A stretch of DNA of 64,000 nt from Owenia fusiformis (Eukaryota): NCBI GenBank assembly GCA_903813345.2, contig CAIIXF020000001.1, positions 23,746,001 to 23,810,000 on the forward strand. The letters are read 5' to 3'. This document shows positions 10,401 through 22,400 of this stretch, one piece after another (positions within the stretch are counted from its first letter, which is position 1; each line of letters begins with the position of its first letter). The position numbers and the translations under genes are program-made. The notes below the pieces were generated by a model. That model was not told the DNA's origin. It ran no database searches and saw only the letters and a program-made list of their open reading frames with translations.

Positions 10401-13400
10401 GAACCTCTCATGCATGGAATATAGCGCCTGTTATAATTGAAAAAGTGGTAATTAAAATGTTCAATTACAAACTTTTTCAGGCCACTGTGCAGAGACCTAC
10501 AGTTCCAGCAGACTTTGGATCCAAGATCCCCAGTAGTATACGACAGAGATACCTCAATCTGATCATAGATGAGCAGCTGAAAGGCTTGAAACCTGGTACT
10601 GAGGAAGGGCCATATTATGAGAAGGTGAGATCCTTGAATTAATTTGAGAGAACACGATAACTGTAAAACTAGAGGGAAAGGTGTGACATTTTTATCTTCA
10701 AAAATACGAAAATCATGTGCACAATTAAAAGATAAAGTAAAAAGTACAAGTAAAGTAAAAGTGGAGCACCTCTGTAAGTTGAACACTTTCAAATGTCCTG
10801 TTATCTATTAATTTGATATAAAATGATGTTAGTCAATCACCTTCCACTTAAACAGGATTTACTGCATATTGATAAATGTGTATGAGGAGCGATTTGGAAT
10901 TAGATAAAACTATATCACGGAAACCTGTTTTTAGATACAGCCTGTGTCTTTGGTTAACTTGTCATATTTTTAGGAAAATTAAAAGACATTTTAATAGCCA
11001 TTCTCTAAAGATATTATATCACTTTGACTTAATTTTGAATATTCAATAACATTAATCAAGATTACATGATTATATACTTGTTTCTAATCCCATTTATCTA
11101 GTCCATTAACCTTAATCTTAAAATCCTACAGTTAATGATTCCACATTAATATTATAAGTAATATTATAAACCCTAGAGATTGAATTGTTTTTGTCCATCT
11201 ACATTGTGAGCTGTAATTTCAGAGTCTAGCAGTGGAAAAAGCTGTCTATGATCGCAGTAAAAGTAAGAACATCTACCTCAACCTAGTCGTCTGTGCAATT
11301 AAACAAATCAGGAATGACAATGCCAAATCACAAGCAAGCACCTCCAGTGGAAGTAAAAAGCCAGCTGCTTCGAGGAAGGTATCCCACAATGCAGTACTAG
11401 GTGGTGCTCCAGCTGCGAGAACAACATTTACCGTGAATCGGTTTGGTGCCCATAAACAGCTTACAGATGCAGATCTTAAAGGTATTAAACTACATGGAAC
11501 TGAAAATAAACAAATATACAAGGGGACCAAGAAATAGTTTCCACATTATAATGGAATAAAATGTTGAATTGATTTCATAATTAATAAGTATATGCAAGAA
11601 ATAGGTTCATGTCAAAATAAATAAGACTATAGCCTTCTAATGTATGTTTAGGGAGTGAGTTAAACAATACAACATCTTTCTTATTGTATCTTTTCCTTCA
11701 GGTAGTGAGTTATACAAAAGACTACAGCCTTCTTATTGTATGCTTTCCTTCGGGTAGTAAGTTATACAACAGACTACAGCCTTCTTATTGTATGTTTTCC
11801 TTCTGGCAGTGAGTTATACAACACATTACAGCCTTCTTATTGTATTTCTTCCTTCTGGCAGTGAGTTATACAACACATTACAGCCTTCTTATTGTATGTC
11901 TTCCTTCAGGTAGTGAGTTATACAACAGATTACAGCCTTCTTATTGTATGTTTTCCTTCTGGCAGTGAGTTATACAACACATTACAGCTTTCTTATTGTA
12001 TTTCTTCCTTCAGGTATTGAGTTATACAACAGACTACAGCCTTCTTATTGTATGTTCACCTTCAGGCAGTGAGTTATACAACAGACTACAACCTTCTTAT
12101 TGTATGTCTTCCTTCAGGTAGTGAGTTATACAACAGATTACAGCCTTCTTATTGTATAATTTCCTTCAGGTAGTGAGTTATACAACCAACTACAGCCTCT
12201 TTATTGTATGTTTTCCTTCAGGCAGTGAGTTATACAACAGACTACAACCTTCTTATTGTATATGTCTTCCTTCAGGTAGTGAGTTATACAACAGACTACA
12301 ACCTTCTTATTGTATATGTCTTCCTTCAGGTAGTGAGTTATACAACAGACTACAGCCTTCTTATTGTATATTTTCCTTCAGGTAGTGAGTTATGCAACAG
12401 ACTACAGCCTTCTTATTGTATGTTTTCCTTCAGGCAGTGAGTTATACAACAGACTACAGCCTTCTTATTGTATGTTTTCCTTCAGGTAGTGAGTTATACA
12501 ACAGACTACAGCCTTCTTATTGTATGTTTTCCTTCAGGTAGTGAGTTATACAACAGACTACAACTTTCTTATTGTATGTCTTCCTTCAGGTAGTGAGGTA
12601 TACAAAAGACTACAGCCTTATTGTATGTTTTCCTTCAGGTAGTGAGTTATACAACAGACTACAGCCTTCTTATTGTATATTTTCCTTCAGGCAGTGAGTT
12701 ATACAACAGACTACAGCCTTCTTATTGTATATTTTCCTTCAGGCAGTGAGTTATACAACAGACTACAACCTTCTTATTGTATGTCTTCCTTCAGGTAGTG
12801 AGTTATACAACAGACTACAGCCTTCTTATTGTATGTCTTCCTTCAGGTAGTGAGTTATACAACAGATTACAGCCTTACTTATTGACTGAGGAACAGCTGA
12901 GAGAGAATGGCTTCCCAAGGCCAAACCCTGATAAAGCAGGAGCTGCACTCTTCTATAAAGAGGATAAAGAAAAGAAAACTATAACAAGCTCAGGTTTGTT
13001 TTTTCCCATGATTAATATGTTTGTGTACATATAAGCTCCATTGTTGTCTTTCTTCATGATCCTCATTCTCTCCAAAATGTTTGTACAGAAAATTTAAAAA
13101 TAAATCTCGTGTTTGGGATGGAGACCATACTTAAGCCAAAAAAATATTTGCACATTTTATCCTATAACATTTCTCATTTGTTGAGTGTCTAACATGAACT
13201 TTCAAAAGTGAAAGTTTGTAGAGAGGAATTTTGAATACATGAAATCATGATTTTTCTCTTACAGAGTTTGAGAAGGTGTGTTGCCGGTGTGGCTCGCGTT
13301 TCATGGTGCTCTCCAATGGCAGATATAGCAAAGATGAGGAATGTGTGCACCACTGGGGCAGAGCATATAAAAGAAAGCGTAGGTGATTTTGCATGGTTAA

Positions 13401-16400
13401 TGAGGTTGGGTGTTTTTTGGCTCACACAGTGAGCCTATGGGATCGACCAGGCGTCCGTCCGTCCGTCAGTCCGTCAGTCCGTCCGTCTGTTGGTCCGTCC
13501 GTGTATGTTTTCCTTCAGGTAGTGAGTTATACAACAGACTACAGCCTTCTTATTGAGTTTTCCGGCCGGATCAAAACGTTTAACCCACCTATGCGCAGTC
13601 TCAAGTCTGTGGACCCTGAAGAAAGATAACTAACATCACAATCAAATCAAGACAAAGAAAGAAGACAATGAATGAAGAAACTAATGCAGCAACAACAAAT
13701 GACGTCCGTCCGTCAACATTGGCAGCACAAATTAAAACTGCTATTCGGATTGAGTCATATCCACAGTCATTTTATGCATATCTATAATGCCTATTTGACC
13801 TATCATCGCCATTTCCCAAGTTCGCCCGGTTTCTGAGAAATTGCTGATTTTGACGTCAAAAAGTCAAATTTTCTGTAAATACACTTTGTTGAAGTAGAAC
13901 TTTCAAATAACTTGTAGTAGTTGCTGTATATGCAACTTATGTCCTCTGAGGATTTCAAAGTTCTTGGAATTACATTTTTGGTGTGACAAAAAGTAGGACT
14001 TATAGCGCAGTCAGATGTCCAGAAATGAGCCCTTTATAGTTCGACTTTTTCAGGAAAGCAACACACTTGGCACAGTTGTAGAAACACTTGATCTGAGTGG
14101 AAAATGATTTCGGGGCAAGTGATCCGGAGTGGTCTTCATGGATTTTTTAGTCTCTGACCCAAACCCCTATCAGGCGGGGAGGGGGTACATTATAAAAAAT
14201 AAATAAAAATGGTTTTGAAGTAAATTTTTTTAAATGACTTCATTTGGTGATTGCTCTGAGCCTTGAAATTGAGACAAACCGATTGTAGAAGTGGTGTTTA
14301 GTGAGGAAAATACATTTTGACCCAATTATCTAGCGTGAATTCATATTTTAAAGGGTCAAATATGGGACATCAAGTACTGTATTTCAAGAATTTGATGTCT
14401 GATCATCTTGGAAAAAATCATACTAATAGGGGTATAGGTGTTCATCACAAATATAGAATATGGCTTGGGTAGCTCATGTATTTTTTGAGATAAAAATTAT
14501 CGAAAATTGAATTTTTAAGCCCTTGCGGCCTAGGGGTAACCTTATTCTACCTTAATAATTTTTAAGATATGCAATGTATGGGTCTCATATGAGCTCAAAA
14601 TGGTGCATTGAGTCTTGTTTTGTCATATTATTCCTAATTGGATTGAAAAATGATTGGAACTTTTCAAAAAAAAATAAAAATTTCATTATCGCTTCTGAAG
14701 GGCCAGGGGTAACCACATTTTACCTTGATAACTTTCAAGGTTTGTAATATATGTATCTCAAATTAGCTCAAGATGGTGCATATAGTTCTGTTTAATCATA
14801 ATACCTCCAATAAGATGTAGAAAATGATTGGACATTTCTTAAAATTTGAAATTTTCATTTTAGCTTATGATGGCCTTGGGGGGGGGGCTTATTTAATCTT
14901 GAACTTTTCTTAATTATGAGACGTATGCATCTCAAATGAGCTTAAAATTGTGTCATATACTCTTGTTTTGTCATATTATTCCTTAGGAGATGTAAAAAAT
15001 AATGGAAATTTGAAAAATGACATCTTTAGCTTTTGACAGGTCAGAGGTGATTTTATCGTATATTACCATTATATAGAAGCAAAGGATGGAGTGAGTTTAG
15101 CAGCCCCGTCCCCATGACCAATGCCATTGGCAGCTTGGGTCTTAAAGCATTTATGACCCAAGCTGCAATAAACCATGCTGACCTATTCTCAACCAATCAG
15201 CCAGCTTGAAGGAACAAGTGCTAAATGCGTGTACATTAATGATGCGATTTCGTCAGAGAAAATGACCATATAGAAAGCCGTCCTTATTTCGACAACAAAC
15301 TCTGATTAGCGCAGTAAGTTCAGAGATTTATTGAAAACTGATAGAGTGAAGACGAAGCTCTCTTTTGAGAAGGAAAGTCGAATGAATGCAAAGGGTAGTA
15401 AGTCCAGTCACCTTAACCTGATGGGGGAGGGGTTAAGGTGAGCTGCTTTTGTCAAGGATTCTGTCAGTGAATAATGACAGTCAATGATTGGGCACAAGAA
15501 TGCCAAATGTTATTAATTTTCAAGATAAAATGATCTCAAAATGGGGAAAATAGTCTGTTTTTCACTTTATTCCTACTGAGATAATGAGTAACAACAATTA
15601 GAAAACTCAGTGACACATTTAAATCTCAATCCATTCATTCCATTTTTCCATAGCAGTAGAATACAGATGTAACATCACATCCAATGATTGTATGAAAAAT
15701 GGTGAGGGTTAAACTTTGGCCATGGGCAGGTAGATATTGATAGGATTTCTCCCTTACCATATGCTATCCAAATTGACTTTTTCATTTTTTAACATCACAT
15801 ATATGCCAGGATAACCACATCAGAATTAAATGTAAGGAGTATTATTCTTTCTCTTGAAGGCCATGATTGAAGCAGTCTTACTGAAAATATTGAGAAATAT
15901 CCTTGAATCTGCTTCTTCTTAAGAGCAAGGGCAGAACCTCACTGTTGGGCTAAAACATTGCATTGCCTCCTTAATTTATGTGGTCACTATCTTCTTTCCA
16001 TCCATTTCAAGGGTTTCAGTTTCCTCCTTAGACTATCCTTGTTCCAGTTCCACAAGTCTCTCTAGTGCTGTTTTAAAGGTGCAACAATTAGTGCAAAGGG
16101 GCCATTCAACGATCATGGACCAGTGTCAAAATATATTCAAGTTTGGATATTTCATCAAGACTAACATATATGTTTATTTTTTTCCAAAGAAACCCCCTGG
16201 ATGAACATTATTTCAGCTGATTCCTCTTGAAATGTTTTGGATCTTAAAAATCTATAAGTGGGCCTCCCTTTATAGAAGCTTTGAACTGAATTTACACTTC
16301 TTAATGCTAAAATTGATAGTTTATCCATACATTTTAAGAAAATAGGTATGTCAAAGAAGATGTTTAGCCAAATATTACCCTGATAGCTCAGAAAAAGTAA

Positions 16401-19400
16401 AAAGTAAAAAAATTGAATCTTCTACAGACCTTGTTGCCCCTTTAAGCTAGTGTCCTGGTAAACATTCCAGCTGACATCAAGGCAATGAACTATTTGCAGA
16501 CTTTTACTGGGTAATATCATATTTGCATAATCACCCAGTTTTCTTTATATATCACTGTTAGCATGTTTAACTATACATGCCCTGTCTATTATTTTGGCAT
16601 CTACTATGTAGCATAGTCATTCAACTTTGATGTTAATGAGCATAGATACAAACAGCACAAAACTGGAACAGTGAGGAAAGTATATTCTACTAATTTTCTT
16701 CTGTGGAATTGGCAAGATTTCCTAAGATAGTTGGAACAAGAGGGAGCTGTTTTCCTTCCAGGCATTAAAACTGAAACCCTGGAGGAAGATGGCAAGATTG
16801 TGACCTCACAATGAGGTAATGCAATATCTTAGCCGGATAGTGAAGTATCTGCCATCACCATTCGCTCGTATGAAGAAGCATGCCAAAGACTGCTTCTGTC
16901 ATGACCTAATAAGAATCATAGCCAATACAGTTGATTTTGATGTGGTTTAAACTGGCAGTAACTTGTGCTGAAAATGTCAATTTGGATTGCATATGGCCTA
17001 TGGTGAGGGGAAATTCCTCCAGAATGTACGACCTGTCTTAGATATTTCAAGGCCACTTTGCCATGAACGAAGTTTAGCCCTTACCATTTTTCATACAATC
17101 TCTAGATGCATTCTGCTACTACTCTTAGTCAACTGATTTGCAGGAATAGAAGGTGTACCCAGAGGTAACGCAAGTGTTCTAAAGCTTTAAATCTTTTTTG
17201 ATACCCTAAAATTAGAAGACTAGAGTCCTTATTCATTCTGATGCATTCTTAACCACAGTTTCTATCACCACATGAATGTGGCTGGCCTACAACATAAAAT
17301 GTAGGTCATGGGGTAGATACCTGTGTCAAGAGAACAGATGCAAATGTTTGAAAGCAGATCTGATTTGCTCTAAGCTATGTAGCTGTAGGGGAGACTGTCA
17401 GAATCCATAAATTGTGACTCCTTTGATTAGGTTTTATAGATTTGGATTATATACTCAAATGATAATATACAGAATCTTAACAATGCTACTACTCGTGCTA
17501 GTATGAACTGGACTTATCAAACATTTTCACATCTTAGAAAATGTTTTATAAAACTAGATAGTATTGCCATTGGTACTAGAAAGGAATAAATGGCTGTTGA
17601 GGTTCATTTTTTATAACTGTTAATCATTATTGTATATCTCAGTAGGAATAATATGACAAAACTAGACTATATTCACTATTTTGAGCTCATTTGAGTAGAC
17701 AATATGATATATCTTTGTTTAAATTTTTAAGGTAAAATTAGGTCATTCCTGACCTATCATAAACTACACTACCAATCTCAAATTGCATCAAACAGCATGG
17801 TTTCATAAACAGTGCTGTAAAAACAGTACTATACACAGCTGTTTTCTAAAACAGTACTGAGCTGTAAAAACAGTACTGTACTACGCTGTCCAAAACTGAT
17901 GGTGTTAGAATAGCATTGTACATTGCTATATAGTGCAGTACTCTGACTGCACTGTTCAGTACTGTTTACAGCACTGCAAGAAGATGTTGCGGATTGGGGG
18001 TGTAATATGAAAATGTAATTTTCTTATAATTTCCAATCATTTTTTCACTCCTTGGGAATGATATGATAAAACAGGACTAAATATACCATCTTAAGCTCAT
18101 CTGAGGTGACTATGTCTCATATTTAGAAAATTATTAAGGTAAAATAAGGTTACCCCAGGGCCATCAAGAGCTTAAGTGAAAAATTTGATTTTTTAGATAT
18201 ATCCGATCATTTTCTACATCTTATTGGAAGAAGTATGATAAAACAGAACTATATGCAACATCTTGAGCTAATTTGAGATGCATATATTACATATCTGGGA
18301 AATTATTAGGGTAAAATATGGTTACCCCTGGCCCTTTAGAACCGAAAATGAAAATTTGATTTTTTTTTTATTTTCAATAATTTTTTTACATCTAATTAGG
18401 AATAATATGACAAAACAATACTTAATGCAACATTTAGAATTCATATGAGGCCCAAACATCGCGTATCTTAAAAATTATTAAGGTAAAATAAGGTCACCCC
18501 TAGGCCGCAAGGACTTAAATATCCAAATTTCGATAATTTATTTCTAAAAAAATACATGACTTACACAAGCCATATATCATATGAGTGATTAACACCAATA
18601 TCTCTATAAGTATGAATTTTTTCAGGATGATCAGACATCACATTCTTGAAATACAGTACTTGATGTCCTATATTTGACCCTTTGAAAGATGAATTCACGC
18701 TAGATAATTGGGTTAAAATGTATTTTCCTTCCTAAACACCACTTCTAAAATAGGTTTTTCTCAATTTCAAGGCTCAAAGCAATGACCAAACGAAGTCATT
18801 TAAAGAAATATACTTTACAACTATTTTTATTTATTTTATTATAATGTACCCCCTCCCCGCCTGATAGGGGTGGGGGTCAGAGGCTTAAAATCCATGAAGA
18901 CCACCCTGAATCAATTGCCCCGAATTCATTTTTCATTCAGATCATATATTTCTACAACTGTGCCAAGTTTGTTGCTTTCCTGAAAAGGGACATCTGACTG
19001 CGCTATTAGTCAGGAAACTTTCTTATGTATAAAGTCAATGGCAGGTTTTGTGATTGACAAGTTTCTCAAAGTTTGCCTTATACTTGATCATTTCTTGCAA
19101 TGAATTACATCATAACTAGATTTAAGCATTCCACTACATATTGCTCAATATATGTCAGCATCAAATTTTTACCGTTTTTGAGATATTTGACGTCAAAAAA
19201 CAATAAAAATAAGTTATTTTTCAACTTGCTTCAATTTGACCAATTTTTTTTTGAAAATCATCTACAAGTTACCAGGAGTTCAAATATTATTTTTAGTTTT
19301 AGGATTTGACCTTTACTTGACCTTCAGTGACCTTTGAAAGGTCAAAAAAGTTGATTTTTCAAATTGATTTTTGGATGTAAATTTTGGTCAGCTTAATCAC

Positions 19401-22400
19401 AAAAGACCTTACTGAGCTCTAAATAAGTAAAATTTTCAAGGTCAAAGGTCATCAAACTAGGTCACACAACTGTGCTGTCTAAGTTTCTTAAAGTTAGAGA
19501 CTACAAATCCAAATCAATATTTTTGTTTGAAAGTAAGGATATACATTCCTCTGAAGGTTCCAAACTGTGTGAGCACAGGACGGTGGGTCCTATTTTTTTT
19601 CAACTGGCTGTCTTTCATTTTACTTTTGTGTGATAAAGAGTCATTGATCAAAACATAAAAAACCTTTTGGTGTAAATCAATTTTCTATTAGCATGTCAAA
19701 AATTTTTTACACAGAACTAATCACAATAACTATGTTATTTATGTGTATATGTGAATTTTAGTCCAAGTTGTGATGTAACCTATTGTGTTAATTTTAGTCT
19801 AAGGTGTGGTACAGGCAAGATATAAATGAACACTGAACACTACATTTCTGTGTATTTCAGTCTATGGTGTGGTGGAGGCCACATATAACTAACATGTAAT
19901 ATGTGTGTATTTCAGTCCATGGTGTGGTAGAGGCCAGATATAACTGCTGTCAAGAAAGTGTTGGTGCCAGAGGATGCTCAGTAGCTAAGGTAATGTTAGC
20001 CTAAGTTAAACTCTTCTAAGCTCAATACTTTTGAATGCAAAAGTCTCACAGTTATTGTACAAGTATAACATTTAGTGAATGGCATCAGCTCTTAGACCAA
20101 TTTTTTAAATCATCTAGAAGTTCTAAAAAGTTCAAATCTGACTATAGATTTGACCTTCAATGACATTTTCAAGGTCAAACAAATATTTGACCTTTAATGA
20201 CCTTCTTAGGGTGAAAAGGTATTTTTTCAACTTGCTTCAAAATGACCAATTTTTTCAAAATCATCTACAAGTTCTCAGAAGTTCAAATCTGTCTTTAGAT
20301 ATGAGATTTCAACTTCAATTACCTTCTCAGGGTCCAAAAAGCTATTGTTTCAACTTGCTTTAAATTGACCAATTCTTTTTTCAAAACCATGTACAAGTTT
20401 TCAGAACATTGGAACATTTGGTAAAATTGGTACCCCGGAGCTGATAAAAGAGGATATTGACATTTTTATATAGATCCTCATGTTGTTTTTACTTTTTACC
20501 ATGGTGGTAAAGTAAACTCATGAATCAGTTATATGAGCTTTTGCAAATTGGATGACAGTAGTGCTATTGATCAGTTTGTGTAAAAATGATAAAAGAATAA
20601 TGGGCAAAAATAATATGAAGTTTATTAAAAACAGAGTAGAGACAGAGATATTTTGAAGTTATAAGATCATATTTCGAAATATCATACTTTATGAGTAAAC
20701 ATTTGTAAAACCAGATAAAGCATTGAAATCCAGCTCTTATTAACGATTTGATCCTGTCCAGGGCACTATTGTCCATGTTACCATAGCAACCATGATGCAA
20801 CTAAAATGTAATAGTAATCACTCAAAATTAACCCGGAAATAGAATACATACTACAAGCTTGTAATAAATATCAGGTAAAAATATTAGAAAATAAGATATT
20901 AGAGATATGTTATGAGTATTTAAGTATAAAGCTACTTTTTCCAAATCTAAAGTATAACTCATCATAAAGATAAAGAATGCACCAGTACAAGGTAACACAA
21001 AAATACAGCCCTTTGATTTTGGAATAGCTTTCTCAATCCCTTAAGAGCCAGTACGTAGTTTTGCCACCGGATGGTTAATTCGGGTCAGATAACATGTCAG
21101 ATAGAGAAAAACTTCACCTATATGCTTAAATAATGGCAAAGACAGAAATTCAGAAATCTAGAAAATTATATTTTTGTTTTGAATGTTTTTGAAGATTTTA
21201 CACAAAAGCATGGCTACATGGACAAAGCTGTTCATGCATTGAACACTACTTTTAAAATCTACACTTAAAATAAAGAAGATTCTATCATAATTTTTTTTTA
21301 AGATTCCAAAATAAGAGGGTTGCTATTTTGTGTCACTCTGCATGGTAGTGTTCCTTGACAATGCTACGAGAAATTATTTGAGATTCCACAGTTCATTTTC
21401 AGGAGAAAAACATAGATATCACCATACTGTCCATATTAGAATCATTGTTAGTTTCAGGAAACTATTCCCAACTACTGAACTGTTTATTCTGCCAGACCCT
21501 CCAGTGTTGCCAGTAGCTTGGGCATTTGCTGTCTCATTGTTATGTGACATGTTGTTTGATTTACTTACTGTCTTGTCCTCCCTCCTGCGGTAGGCACATT
21601 CATTTTGTTCAACATCTTGTAAAATCAGTTTCAAAGATCTCAAAAACTCCTTCTCACTTTCTGACAGCATCAACCTCCAGGGTTGGTCATCATTTGGCAG
21701 GTTGACGATCCACTGCAGGATCAATTGCATGTTGTTTCTGGAAATTCTGTGTATGATATAGCCAATGGGTTCATACATTTCAACAATGACGGCTTTGATT
21801 CTGTATATTTCATCCTGAGTTAGGATTGCGGTGCTCATTAGATTTATGTTGTAAGAGCATCTGACCATTATATCTATTCCTTTAAGCTCACATTTACCGT
21901 TAATGAAAATAAACGGTGCTTCACATTTAAGCAAACGCACCTTGCCATGGTTTACCTCTGCCGCAGCACTGATTTTTCCAACTCCAAATTTTGATTTTAA
22001 ATGTACATTCATAACTGTCCCATTAAGTACATCACAAAGTAACATATATGAGAATTGACCAAAGTCTTCTTTGGCGCCCTTGAACATTCCATCTTGACAG
22101 CTTTGGATGTTTCGCAGGTTTTTACACTGCATGCAGTGTTTGTTCCTCACAATTGTGAACAAGGTATATTGTGGGTTGAATTCACCTCCTTCGCAATCTT
22201 CAATGATCTTGGAGTCTTTACAGGATTTGGAACATGTAGAATCTATTGGAGTACAATCAGCTGGCGCTGTACCAATAGCTTTAGGTGGTCGAGAGGTTAT
22301 GTCACATGGATTACTACTTATCCGGCCTTTTAACTTGTACAATGATAATAGAATATTGTTCCAAGTGAGTCCGTTATTAGGCAATTGTTTCATACGTTTG

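Noticed and set aside
11673-12883. Possible CRISPR array, or coding repeat ORFs (12152-12440)
   Set aside because: Units are head-to-tail with no unique spacers, there are no cas genes, and the context is a eukaryotic intron; the 52-nt period breaks frame, so the ORFs are by-products.
13247-13432. ORF-track translation [14 protein letters not shown]...
   Set aside because: Wrong frame; the real exon 9 (13265-13378) reads [10 protein letters not shown]... in phase with exon 8.
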